A DNA stretch of 64,000 nucleotides, from positions 8,509-72,508 of the forward strand of contig JANNWY010000033.1 of assembly GCA_031409335.1 (NCBI GenBank), given 5' to 3'. The DNA comes from Chthoniobacteraceae bacterium (GTDB taxonomy: Bacteria; Verrucomicrobiota; Verrucomicrobiia; Chthoniobacterales; Chthoniobacteraceae). The notes under the pieces are model-generated. The model did not search any database. It was not told where the DNA came from and saw only the letters and a program-made list of their open reading frames with translations. Below, piece after piece: positions 9,496-18,883 of the stretch; position 1 is the first letter of the stretch; each line of letters begins with the position of its first letter. The position numbers and the translations under genes are program-made.

Positions 9496-10044
9496 ATGAA
9501 AATCCGTATTCTCCTCGTTGTCGCCGCCCTAACACTCATCACGGTCTCAGCCTTCGGCGCTGCCTGGGAGGGCCGGTATGTTGGCGTTTTGACCGTTCAA
9601 AAATACGTGGCTCCTTTTGAGGGCGGGCTTTCCTCCAGCTACACGCTCAAAGCCGAAGCGCGGGTGTATCCCGACGGACGGATTATCATTCTCCCCACGA
9701 TCGCGGAGAGTCTGTCTGCCGCGGCGAATCCGCAGAGCACCGTGGTCCGCGCAGTGCCTATCGAGCCGCAGCCAATCCCCCAGGGATGAGGATCGCCGGT
9801 GCGTAATCTCCTTCCCTTGTCTTTGGGTATTCAGCGTCCTCGGGTTTCTGGGCTGCATTTTGATCTTCGTGCCATGCCGCCGGTTTTTACCTACCTCGTG
9901 GAATCTCTCTATCCCGCCTTGGTCACCACTGAAGGCACCCTGCTCAAAATTCGCTATGAGACGAACCGCCGCAACGAAGCCAATAACATAGACTTTAGCA
10001 TTCCTTACACAGCGTTCAGCTTTGTCTTTCGCAAACAACAATGA
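9496..10044 (+). pseudogene. Secreted hypothetical protein interrupted by one in-frame TGA (9787-9789)
   Basis: Signal peptide MKIRILLVVAALTLITVSAFG. ORFs 9457-9789 and 9799-10044 share a frame. Confidence 0.5.
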
Positions 10045-10195
10045 AGGGGCTGACCATACCCTTGCCGCTAATCGGCTACTTCTTTCACCCTCGGGGCTGA
10101 AAGGGTCGCGGGGAGGAAACAGAGGTCGTGAGACATTCGGTAGTGGATGTCGATTCTGGAAGCTGAAGGCTAAAACTTCGACACAGGATAAGTTG

Positions 10196-10594
10196 TCAGT
10201 GGGCCTGCGGAAAGTTTCCCGTGTCTCGTTTCCAGATCGGCACGTCCTGCTTCATCCGGTCGATGGTCGCGCCGCAAAACGCCAGCGCCTCGCCACGATG
10301 GGCGGCGAGCACCCGCATGAACATCGAAGCCTCGCCGACGGGCACCCAGCCGAGCCGGTGGATGAAGAGCACCGCGACAATCGGGTGCGCGACGGCCAGT
10401 TCGCTGAAGATGCGCTCCAGATGCCGGCGCGCCATCGGCTCGTGCGCTTCGTATTCGAGTCCGGCCAGCGCCCGGCCTTGCTCCAGCTCGCGGACGATTC
10501 CGTGAAATTCCACGCACGCGCCGACCTCGCGCGACTCGGGACGGAGCAGCGGGACAATCAATGGGCTGTGCGTGAAAACGATCTCTGTCCGCAT
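10196..10594 (-). CDS. moaE: Molybdopterin synthase catalytic subunit
   Basis: GACVEFHGIVRE, LEYEAHEPMA, HRLG.VPVGE, HR.EA, K..VPIWKR. Confidence 0.93.
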   Translation of the reverse strand: MRTEIVFTHSPLIVPLLRPESREVGACVEFHGIVRELEQGRALAGLEYEAHEPMARRHLERIFSELAVAHPIVAVLFIHRLGWVPVGEASMFMRVLAAHRGEALAFCGATIDRMKQDVPIWKRDTGNFPQAH

Positions 10595-10598
10595 CGCA

Positions 10599-10829
10599 TC
10601 ATCCTCCGCTGACGGGCGGGATCAGCGCGATCTCGCGCGCATCCCCGATCGCGCGATCCCAGTCGGCATATTCCTCGTCCACTGCGACGCGCAGGTTTTC
10701 CGTGGAAAAACGCGGCTCGATCCGCGCAAGGATCGCGCGCGGAGATTCGTGCGCGGCGCATTCGAGGATGCGTTCGCGAAAGCCGAGCGCATCGGCGGCA
10801 TGGGCGAACGCGAGGAGTTTGACTTGCAT
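10599..10829 (-). CDS. moaD: Molybdopterin synthase sulfur carrier subunit
   Basis: C-terminal IALIPPVSGG; directly upstream of moaE. Confidence 0.92.
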   Translation of the reverse strand: MQVKLLAFAHAADALGFRERILECAAHESPRAILARIEPRFSTENLRVAVDEEYADWDRAIGDAREIALIPPVSGG

Positions 10830-10957
10830 CGCGGCTTTCGTAAATGCGCGTCCGCCATGCCGCAAGAGATTCGCGAGTCGGCGGCGCGCGCGCTTGGCTT
10901 GCGAGCGAGGTTGCGATCGACTGCGGGTCGCATGTTTCAGAATTCCACGACCGCATC

Positions 10958-11731
10958 ATGACGCACGAATTCTCGGCGTTGTTCCGTCCACGCTGGCCGA
11001 TCCGGCATGTGCTGTTTGATTTCGATGGCACGCTGTCTTTCGTGCGGGCGGGATGGGCGGCGGTGATGACGGAGATGTTCATGGCTTTGCTCCCCGGTGC
11101 GGATCGCGTGTGCGTCGCGGATGGGATCATGGCCTTGAATGGAAAGGCGACGATTCACCAAATGGAATGGCTCGCCGCCCAGCGCCGCGAGCGCGGCCTG
11201 CCCGCCGGGATGAGCGCGGATTACCTCGCGGATTTCCTGCGCAGGCTCCAGCGCATGATCGATGAACGCCTCGCGGGTGATCGCGCAGCGCTGCTCGTCC
11301 CCGGCGCGCGCGAGCTGCTGGAAATGCTGACGGCGCGCGGGCTGACGCTGCACATCGCGAGTGGCACGGATGAAGCCGCCGTGCGCCGCGAGGCGGAGGC
11401 GCTGGGCATCGCGCATTTTTTTGGCGGACGCATCCACGGCGCGCGGGCGGATGGGTTGGGATTTTCCAAAATGGAAATCATCGCGGCGATCCTGCGCGAC
11501 TACGATTGTCCCGGCGCGGGGCTGCTGTCATTTGGCGATGGTCACATCGAGACCGAAAATACCAAGCGCGTCGGCGGTCTCGCGGTGGCGGTGGCGAGCG
11601 ATGAGGATGAGCCTGGGTCGGGTCGGATCGATGAGGGAAAACGCGCGCGATTGCTCGCGGCGGGTGCCGATGTGGTGATTGCAGATTATAGAAACGCCGA
11701 TGCACTTCTCGAAATCCTGATCGCGCCATGA
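10958..11731 (+). CDS. HAD-superfamily hydrolase
   Basis: FDFDGTLS motif I, IASGT, FGDG motif. Start uncertain. Confidence 0.88.
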   Translation: MTHEFSALFRPRWPIRHVLFDFDGTLSFVRAGWAAVMTEMFMALLPGADRVCVADGIMALNGKATIHQMEWLAAQRRERGLPAGMSADYLADFLRRLQRMIDERLAGDRAALLVPGARELLEMLTARGLTLHIASGTDEAAVRREAEALGIAHFFGGRIHGARADGLGFSKMEIIAAILRDYDCPGAGLLSFGDGHIETENTKRVGGLAVAVASDEDEPGSGRIDEGKRARLLAAGADVVIADYRNADALLEILIAP

Positions 11732-12828
11732 AGCTCGACCTTCACCGACTCCGCGTCCGACCACTCGCCGAACGCCACAGCCTCAGCCGCATCGAGGAAA
11801 TCCTGATCGACCCCGCCGCCGAGCCGCCGCCTGCCAGCGAAGTCGTGATGGAATGCGCCGCCCGCATCATCGCGGCGCGAAAGCGGGGAGCCGCGGTGAT
11901 CCTAATGTATGGCGCGCATTTGATCCGCAACGGCGCGGGCCTGCTGATCGCTGAAATGATGGAGCGCGGCTGGCTCACGCACTTGGCGACGAATGGCGCG
12001 GGAGCGATTCACGATTGGGAATTCGCGTGGCTCGGACGCTCGACCGAAAGCGTCAGCGAAAATGTGGCGGACGGTACCTTCGGCGCTTGGGATGAAACCG
12101 GGCGAAATTTGCACCTCGCGCTGCTCGCGGGCGGACTCGAGGGCGAAGGGTACGGCGCGGCGATCGGACGTTTCATCCAGGAAGACGGGGTGACTTTACC
12201 ATCTTCAGAGTCCCTGAAACACGCACTCACCGCTCCTGACGATGCACGCGCGCCAGCTCAAGCCGACCTCCTCGCGGCCATGCGCCAGCACGCCCTCGCG
12301 GACGGCAGGCACGAGGTGCGGCATCCGTGGAAACATGCGTCGCCACTCGCGCAAGCGTGGCGTCTCGGCGTCCCGGCGACGGTTCATCCAGGCATTGGTT
12401 ACGACATCATCGCGTGTCATCCGATGTTCAATGGCGCAGTGATCGGACGCGCCGCCGATGTGGATTTCCGACGATTCGCCGGAGCGGTGGAAAATCTCGA
12501 TGGCGGCGTGGTCCTTTCCGTCGGCTCCGCCATCATGGCTCCGCAGATCTTCGAGAAAAGTCTGAGCTGCGTTCACAATCTGCGATTTCAGGAAGGCCGC
12601 GAACGGGTCCGGGATCACAGTATTTTCGTCGTCGATTTGCAAGACGGTGGCGGCTGGGACTGGACGCACGGCGAGCCGCCAAAGACAAACCCCGCGTACT
12701 ACCTGCGCTTCTGCAAAAGCTTTTCCCGGATGGGCGGTGCGATGCACTACGTCCAGGGCGACAACGCGGCCTTCATCCACGGATTGCTCGGCGCCTTGCG
12801 GCAAGGCATTGCAATCGGGGCGCGATAG
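11728..12828 (+). CDS. Conserved hypothetical protein, deoxyhypusine-synthase-like fold
   Basis: GAHLIRNG, LATNGAGAIHDWE, HPGIGYDII, GSAIMAPQIFEK. ATGA overlap with the HAD gene. Confidence 0.6.
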   Translation: MKLDLHRLRVRPLAERHSLSRIEEILIDPAAEPPPASEVVMECAARIIAARKRGAAVILMYGAHLIRNGAGLLIAEMMERGWLTHLATNGAGAIHDWEFAWLGRSTESVSENVADGTFGAWDETGRNLHLALLAGGLEGEGYGAAIGRFIQEDGVTLPSSESLKHALTAPDDARAPAQADLLAAMRQHALADGRHEVRHPWKHASPLAQAWRLGVPATVHPGIGYDIIACHPMFNGAVIGRAADVDFRRFAGAVENLDGGVVLSVGSAIMAPQIFEKSLSCVHNLRFQEGRERVRDHSIFVVDLQDGGGWDWTHGEPPKTNPAYYLRFCKSFSRMGGAMHYVQGDNAAFIHGLLGALRQGIAIGAR

Positions 12829-12844
12829 GCCATCATCCTGCCTT

Positions 12845-13159
12845 ATGAAAAAGCTCCTGCTGCTCACCAGTCTGCTCGCTGCGATCGCCCTCCCTGCGTT
12901 TGCTGAAGATACCAAAATCGAAGGCGAAGCCGTATGCGCCAAGTGCAACTTGAAACAAGTCAGCGCGTGCCAGGCCGCGATCACCGTGACCGGCGCGGAT
13001 GGGAAAAAGGAAACGATCCTCGCGGACATCAACGATGTCGCGAAGGCATTCCATAAAAACATCTGCATGGACACGAAGAAAGTGAAGGCCGAGGGGGTCA
13101 TCACCGAAAAGGACGGCAAGAAAACGATCGCCCTTACCAAGATCGTCGTGGCCGAATAG
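12845..13159 (+). CDS. Small secreted Cys/His-motif protein (DUF6370-like)
   Basis: Signal peptide; GEAVCAKC...C...FHKNIC. Confidence 0.7.
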   Translation: MKKLLLLTSLLAAIALPAFAEDTKIEGEAVCAKCNLKQVSACQAAITVTGADGKKETILADINDVAKAFHKNICMDTKKVKAEGVITEKDGKKTIALTKIVVAE

Positions 13160-13186
13160 GCGGTATTCTTCGCGTCATCGCGAAGC

Positions 13187-13217
13187 GGGACGCCCGATCA
13201 GCGGGCGTCCCTTTTTT
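13187..13217 (+). terminator. Rho-independent terminator
   Basis: GGGACGCCCG-atcag-CGGGCGTCCC followed by TTTTTT. Confidence 0.9.
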
Positions 13218-13305
13218 GTATTTCCGGCACCTTCAGTTGCGCCTTGCTGAGCCGCTGCTGAGTAGTTCCCAGGCGGTGGAAAAACCAGGGCAGCTTGCCC
13301 GATGT

Positions 13306-13323
13306 CTGTAACAGGATTGTAAC
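13306..13323 (+). promoter_or_regulatory. Pho-box-like site upstream of tpsB
   Basis: CTGTAAC-agga-TTGTAAC, 11-bp period. Confidence 0.7.
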
Positions 13324-13391
13324 AAGCGGCGGCTGGATAGAGTCGTTGGCCAACTTATACAAGCTGCCACCGCTACCAACCCACCATTGGC

Positions 13392-15083
13392 GTGCCCTAC
13401 ATTTTTTCACCTCGCATTCCATTCAATCGACTCGCCTTCGCGTGTGGCAGTGTAGTCGTGGCGTGGCTGGGATATTCTGGCATGGTTTTCGGTGCGGAGA
13501 CACGTTCCGCAGTCGCGACGCTAGGCGACAGCGAGAATGCGGCGACCACGGAAGCTCCCCAACGGCCCATATACATCCGGGAATATCGGGTCACTGGGGC
13601 GCATCGGCTGCCTGCAATTGAAGTTCAAGAGGCCGTGTATCCCTATCTCGGGCCGGGCCGGACGGAGCGGGATGTCGAGCAGGCGCGCGCCGCATTGGAG
13701 AAAGTGTATTTCGACAAGGGCTTCCAAACCGTAAGCGTGGAGGTTCCACTCCAGCAGGCGAGTCGGGGCATTGTCATTTTGCAGGTGGTCGAGGCGAAAG
13801 TCGGGCGGCTTCGCGTGCGTGGCTCGCGCTACTTTTCCCTCGCTGCGATCAAGCGGCAGGCACCGTCCGTCGCGGAGGGAAGCGTGCCGAACTTCAATGA
13901 CATCACGCGCGATATTGTGGCTCTCAACAAGTTCTCAGACCGGCGGGTCACGCCGACGCTGCGCCCCGGAGTGGAGCCTCGTACAGTGGACATCGATTTG
14001 AATGTAAAGGATACCTTCCCGCTGCACGGCAGTATCGAGCTAAACAACCGCTACTCGGCGAACACGCCCCAGCTCCGGCTCAGCGGCTCGGTTTCCTACA
14101 CGAACCTCTGGCAGTTGGGCCACACTGCCGGTGCCAGCTTCCAGGTTTCGCCGGAAGACTTGGCGAAGGTGAAAGTCTTCACCGCCTACTATCTCGCACA
14201 AGTCCCCGGCGTCGATTGGCTGAGCCTGCTCGTGCAGGGTGTGAAGCAGGATAGCGATGTCTCGACGCTCGGTGGCGCGGCAGTCACGGGCCGCGGCGAG
14301 ACGATCGGCGGACGGGCGATCATCGCGCTGCCGGGACGCGAAGGGTTTTACCAATCGCTGACGGCAGGCGTGGATTACAAGCGCTACGATCAGAATGTCA
14401 TCGTCGGGACAACCACCGACCGCACGCCGATTTACTACTACCCATTCACCCTGAACTATAGCGGAACGTGGGTTGGAAAAAAAAGTCTCACGGAACTGAA
14501 CGCCGGCGTGACGATGGGTCTGCGCGGCATGGGTAGCCGCCAAAGCAGTTTTGATCGCAGTCGCTTTCGCGCTGACGGGAACTACTTTTTCTTTCGCGGC
14601 GACCTCGCGCGCACGCAGGATTTGCCGCGAGGTTTCGTGGTCTATGGAAAAGTGCAGGGCCAGGCATCGGGCGGGCCGCTGGTCAGCAACGAACAGTTTG
14701 CCGGCGGCGGCCTCGGCACTGCGCGCGGCTATCTCGAAGCCGAGGCGGTCGGTGACAATGGCATATTCGGCACGCTCGAACTCCGCAGCCCATCCTTCCT
14801 CGCCACGACCCGCAAAGTCGGCGAGGGCGATTCCGCGAGCGAGAAGCCTACCGGCAACGAATGGCGCTTCTACGCCTTCTGCGACGCGGGTACGCTCACC
14901 CTGCACGATCCGCTGCCACAGCAGGAATCCAGTTTCCATCTGGCGAGCGTCGGCATCGGCAGCCGCATCCAGCTTTTCGATCACTTCAACGGTTCGGTCG
15001 ATCTCGCGATGCCCTTTACAAGCCTCACGGACACTGGCTTGCGGGACACCCGCGTCTCCTTCCGAGTCTGGGCCGATTTTTGA
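13392..15083 (+). CDS. ShlB/FhaC/HecB-family two-partner secretion transporter (TpsB)
   Basis: POTRA region (AARAALEKVY..GF.TV.V), beta-barrel with ARGY.E motif and terminal Phe. Start may be slightly downstream. Confidence 0.92.
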   Translation: MPYIFSPRIPFNRLAFACGSVVVAWLGYSGMVFGAETRSAVATLGDSENAATTEAPQRPIYIREYRVTGAHRLPAIEVQEAVYPYLGPGRTERDVEQARAALEKVYFDKGFQTVSVEVPLQQASRGIVILQVVEAKVGRLRVRGSRYFSLAAIKRQAPSVAEGSVPNFNDITRDIVALNKFSDRRVTPTLRPGVEPRTVDIDLNVKDTFPLHGSIELNNRYSANTPQLRLSGSVSYTNLWQLGHTAGASFQVSPEDLAKVKVFTAYYLAQVPGVDWLSLLVQGVKQDSDVSTLGGAAVTGRGETIGGRAIIALPGREGFYQSLTAGVDYKRYDQNVIVGTTTDRTPIYYYPFTLNYSGTWVGKKSLTELNAGVTMGLRGMGSRQSSFDRSRFRADGNYFFFRGDLARTQDLPRGFVVYGKVQGQASGGPLVSNEQFAGGGLGTARGYLEAEAVGDNGIFGTLELRSPSFLATTRKVGEGDSASEKPTGNEWRFYAFCDAGTLTLHDPLPQQESSFHLASVGIGSRIQLFDHFNGSVDLAMPFTSLTDTGLRDTRVSFRVWADF

Positions 15084-15270
15084 TCTGCGTTCTGATCGGC
15101 AGTCGATTGCAATCCTTGGTCCCCAGGCGTGGCGAACTCACCGCTTCCTGATACGCCGTCACCGGCGCAAGCAGCACTTCGCCAACCAACGCGAGAATCG
15201 GTTTGGCGCTGTGCGCGTGGGTTGGATTCATGCGGACGGCCGCATTACTGAAGTGGTGTTTGATTCGCAA

Positions 15271-15299
15271 TCGTCACACAAGCGACATGCGTTTGTCAC
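15271..15299 (+). promoter_or_regulatory. Pho-box-like triple repeat upstream of the exbB fusion
   Basis: TCGTCAC-acaa-GCGACAT-gcgt-TTGTCAC, 11-bp period. Confidence 0.6.
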
Positions 15300-15325
15300 A
15301 ATGCCGCGTTTTGTTTGTGGAAAGA

Positions 15326-17194
15326 ATGTTATCGTTTTCCCGCCCTCTCTTCCCATTGCGCGCCTGTTTGTCGCTTGCCGTGCTGTTTGCCCTCTGCCTC
15401 TGTGCCAATGCGAAGGACAAATGGTGGGACGATGCATGGACTGCGCGCAAGAGCGTCACTGTCGATACGACCCAAACCGGCGCGAACATTAGCGAACCGA
15501 TCGGCGGCGCGACGGTGCTCATCCGACTTTACGATGCCAACTACCCTGGGACGGCGAAGGACGATCTCAGTGATCTGCGCTTTGTCGCGGAGGACAACAA
15601 GACGCTGCTATCCTTCCATGTGGAGAAAATTGACTCTCTCCTTGGCGAAGCATTTGTCTGGGTGAAACTGCCCGATGTGAAGCCGAATGCGAAGACGGCG
15701 TTCTGGATGTACTACGGATCAAACGACGCCAAGGCCATCAAGGTCGAGGATCCGAAAGCCTGCTACGACGCCGACACCGTGCTCGTGTTTCATTTCAGCG
15801 AAAGCGGACAGCCCGCGGGGGACTCCACGAAAAACGGCAACGGCGCCGAGGCGACCGCCGGCAAGGCCGATGGGGCGCAGATCGGCGGCGGCACTGCTTT
15901 CAACGGTGCCAGCCCGGTGCCAATCACCGCGTCGCCCTCGCTACTGTGGACCGAGGGCAATGCGGCGACGATGAGCGCTTGGGTAAAGATCAGCGCGGCG
16001 CAGCCGGATGCGGTGATCCTCAGTCGGCGCGAGGATGAAAAATCCTTCGTGCTTGGCGTGAACAATGGAACGCCGTTTATCGAAATCGGCAGCAAGCGCG
16101 GTCTGTCCGCGCAGCCGCTGACGCCCGGTTCGTGGGCGCATCTGGCCGTCGTCTGCGAGGGTGCGAAGACGACGCTCTATGTGAATGGCGAGCAGTCAGC
16201 CGCGCTCGGCGCAGGCCTGCCGGGAATGAACAAGCAGTTCACGCTCGGCGGGGATACGAAAGCAGGCGCGACTGGCTTTGCGGGTGAACTAGACGAATTC
16301 CAAATCCACAAGAGCGCGCGTCCGCCAGGCTTCGTCCAGCTCGCCGCGTTTGGCCAGGGTGGCGACAAGGTCGCGAAGGTGATCGTGATGGGTGAGCATG
16401 AGCAGCCGACGAACTGGATGAGCTGGCTGACGACGGGTCACTTTGGCGTCATCATTAAGAACCTCACCTTTGACGGATGGGTAGTCATCGTGATTCTCGC
16501 GGTCATGGCGGTGCTCAGTTGGTATGTGATGGTCAGCAAGACTCGCTATCTCAACGGGCTGACAGCGGGAAATGAAGTGTTCATGGAGCAGTGGCGGTTC
16601 GTCGCCGCGGACCTGACGGTGCTGGACGATGATGACGTGGAAAAATCGAGGACACTTGGCGGGCGGGTAACGACAGAGAATCAAAAGAAGATGCGCCGCT
16701 CATCGGTCTATCGCATCTACCATATTGGGGTGGAGGAGATCCGCCATCGTATCAGCGAGGACCGGGCGCAGGGGATCCGGCGCGGGCTGGCGGGCAGGTC
16801 GATCCAGGCGATCCGCGCGGCGCTCGATGGCGGTCTCGTGCGCGAGACGCAGAAGATCAACAAGCTCATCGTGCTACTCACGATTTGCATCTCCGGCGGA
16901 CCGTTCCTCGGGCTGCTGGGCACCGTGATCGGAGTGATGATTACCTTCGCTGCGGTCGCCGCCGCGGGCGAAGTGAATGTGAACGCCATCGCGCCAGGCA
17001 TCGCGGCGGCGCTGCTTGCGACGGTCGCTGGACTCGCGGTCGCAATCCCCGCGCTATTTGGCTATAACTATATCCTTTCCCGCGTGAAGGACGCGAAGGA
17101 CGACATGCACATCTTCATCGACGAGTTCGTGACGAAGATGGCCGAGTTTTACAAGGAGAAGGGCAACGAGCGAGACGGCGGCAGCGGACACTGA
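15326..17194 (+). CDS. DUF2341-LamG-MotA/TolQ/ExbB fusion protein
   Basis: WWD.AW..RK and DLRF...WVK...MYYG (DUF2341); WAHLAVV...LYVNG...GELDEF (LamG); GPFLGLLGTVIGVM...APGIAAALLATVAGL.VAIPA (ExbB). Confidence 0.92.
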   Translation: MLSFSRPLFPLRACLSLAVLFALCLCANAKDKWWDDAWTARKSVTVDTTQTGANISEPIGGATVLIRLYDANYPGTAKDDLSDLRFVAEDNKTLLSFHVEKIDSLLGEAFVWVKLPDVKPNAKTAFWMYYGSNDAKAIKVEDPKACYDADTVLVFHFSESGQPAGDSTKNGNGAEATAGKADGAQIGGGTAFNGASPVPITASPSLLWTEGNAATMSAWVKISAAQPDAVILSRREDEKSFVLGVNNGTPFIEIGSKRGLSAQPLTPGSWAHLAVVCEGAKTTLYVNGEQSAALGAGLPGMNKQFTLGGDTKAGATGFAGELDEFQIHKSARPPGFVQLAAFGQGGDKVAKVIVMGEHEQPTNWMSWLTTGHFGVIIKNLTFDGWVVIVILAVMAVLSWYVMVSKTRYLNGLTAGNEVFMEQWRFVAADLTVLDDDDVEKSRTLGGRVTTENQKKMRRSSVYRIYHIGVEEIRHRISEDRAQGIRRGLAGRSIQAIRAALDGGLVRETQKINKLIVLLTICISGGPFLGLLGTVIGVMITFAAVAAAGEVNVNAIAPGIAAALLATVAGLAVAIPALFGYNYILSRVKDAKDDMHIFIDEFVTKMAEFYKEKGNERDGGSGH

Positions 17195-17204
17195 GGAAAA
17201 GGCC

Positions 17205-17606
17205 ATGCAAATCCAGGATGACAAGCCTTACGATGACATCAACATCACGCCGATGCTCGATCTCGCGTACGTGCTGCTGGTCATCTTCATCCTCATGTGT
17301 ACCGCGGCGGTGCAGGGATTGAAAGCCGACCTGCCGCAAGGCAGCAAAGGCACCAAGAGCCTCGCCGAGCGGAAAGTCCGGGCGATCACCGTCAATACCG
17401 AGGGTAAAGTTTTCCTCGACACGTCGCCAGTCACACTCAGCGAACTCGAAGCGCGGCTGGCGCAGATCAAGGCGGAAAACCCGAACGTGCCGATCGTCGT
17501 GAAGGGTGATCGCGTGGCGCAATATCAGGGCATCATGGATGTGCTCAACGTCGTCGGGCAGTGCGGCATTACCCAAGTCGGCCTGGCCACCAAAGCCGCG
17601 AAATAG
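17205..17606 (+). CDS. exbD: Biopolymer transport protein ExbD (copy 1)
   Basis: INITPMLDLAYVLLVIFIL; KGD...Y..IMDVL. Confidence 0.92.
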   Translation: MQIQDDKPYDDINITPMLDLAYVLLVIFILMCTAAVQGLKADLPQGSKGTKSLAERKVRAITVNTEGKVFLDTSPVTLSELEARLAQIKAENPNVPIVVKGDRVAQYQGIMDVLNVVGQCGITQVGLATKAAK

Positions 17607-17623
17607 CTGTCAGCCAACCCGCC

Positions 17624-18031
17624 ATGCAAATCCAGGACGACAAACCATACGATGAGATCAACATCACGCCGATGCTCGATCTAGCCTATGTGTTGCTGGT
17701 CATCTTCATCCTGATGACGACGGCGACGGTGCAAGGGATCAAGGCCAATCTGCCGCGCGGCAGCAACGCGCCGAAGAAGCAGACCGACAAGAACAAGGTG
17801 AAGGCCATCGCCGTGGACAATGCGGGCAAGATCTATCTTGACCGCGAGGAAGTGACTCTTGCCATCCTCGAAGCGCGGCTGACACAGGCCAAGGCGGATA
17901 ACCCGGATGTTCCAGTCATCATCAAGGGTGACAGTGGGACGCAGTATCAAAGCGTGACAGATGTGCTGGGTGTCGTCGTCAAAATCGGCATCACCCAAGT
18001 CGGCCTCGCAACGAAGGCGGCTGGCAGATAA
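17624..18031 (+). CDS. exbD: Biopolymer transport protein ExbD (copy 2)
   Basis: Same motifs; N-terminus almost identical to copy 1. Confidence 0.92.
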   Translation: MQIQDDKPYDEINITPMLDLAYVLLVIFILMTTATVQGIKANLPRGSNAPKKQTDKNKVKAIAVDNAGKIYLDREEVTLAILEARLTQAKADNPDVPVIIKGDSGTQYQSVTDVLGVVVKIGITQVGLATKAAGR

Positions 18032-18049
18032 CTCGACAAGCCTATTCCC

Positions 18050-18802
18050 ATGAACCCGAACCCTGACGATAAAGGCGGATTTACCACGATCGAAACGAAC
18101 GTTTCACCGAATCGAAAAACCGCGCCCGCGCATCCTCCCGCGCATTCGGATTGGGGGGACGACGACGTAAAAGTGACGGGATTCAAGAAATGGCGGATGC
18201 CAGTCTTTGTGGGATTGCTCACGCTCACTGGCATCGGCTACGCCGTCAAAACGCTCTCGAAAGCGGACGGGAGCGGGGTGAGGAAAGAGAATGTGACAAT
18301 GGTACAGATTCAACTTCCGCCACCACCACCGCCACCTCCGCCACCGCCGCCTCAGACGATGAAAGAGGAAGAGATGATCAAGCAGGAGGAAGACAAGGAA
18401 GAAGAGCCCGACACAGCACCTGTGATCGACACGGCCTTGAAAGGACCGGCAAGTGGCGGTCTGCAAATCGCCCAGCAAAAGCGGGGCAATTTTTTCGGTA
18501 AGCGCCCCGAGAGCAGCAAGACGAAGTGGGGCTGGTACGCAGCCCAGGTGCAGACAACCATTGCGGATATTCTCAAGCGGAATCCCCGCACGAAGATGGC
18601 CGAAGTGCGGATCGAAGTCCGGATTTGGGCCGATTCTTCGACTGGCCGTGTGATTCGGGCCACCCTCGGTAGTTCGACGGGTGACCCGGGGATGGATGCC
18701 GCCATCGTCGAGGCACTCAAAGGTGCGCAACTCGCGCAGCCACCGCCGGAGGGAATGCCGATGCCGATCGTGATGCGGGTGACGGCGCGCAAGCAAAAAT
18801 AG
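18050..18802 (+). CDS. TonB/TolA-like energy transducer
   Basis: Single TM segment, poly-Pro linker, C-terminal domain with SSTGDPGMDAAI. Confidence 0.85.
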   Translation: MNPNPDDKGGFTTIETNVSPNRKTAPAHPPAHSDWGDDDVKVTGFKKWRMPVFVGLLTLTGIGYAVKTLSKADGSGVRKENVTMVQIQLPPPPPPPPPPPPQTMKEEEMIKQEEDKEEEPDTAPVIDTALKGPASGGLQIAQQKRGNFFGKRPESSKTKWGWYAAQVQTTIADILKRNPRTKMAEVRIEVRIWADSSTGRVIRATLGSSTGDPGMDAAIVEALKGAQLAQPPPEGMPMPIVMRVTARKQK

Positions 18803-18845
18803 TTTCCCTGATCATTCCCAGAAAACCGGGCGCATTGTTTCACCG

Positions 18846-18874
18846 TTGTCACCGACGCGTCACTTAGTTGTCAC
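18846..18874 (+). promoter_or_regulatory. Pho-box-like triple repeat upstream of the porin gene
   Basis: TTGTCAC-cgac-GCGTCAC-ttag-TTGTCAC, 11-bp period. Confidence 0.75.
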
Positions 18875-18883
18875 AATTCTGCT

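Noticed and set aside
9787..9789. Selenocysteine readthrough of TGA
   Set aside because: No redox-motif context and no clear SECIS-like hairpin; a nonsense mutation or error is simpler.
18316..18352. CCN triplet repeat as a contingency locus
   Set aside because: It encodes the ordinary poly-proline linker of a TonB-like protein with mixed codons.
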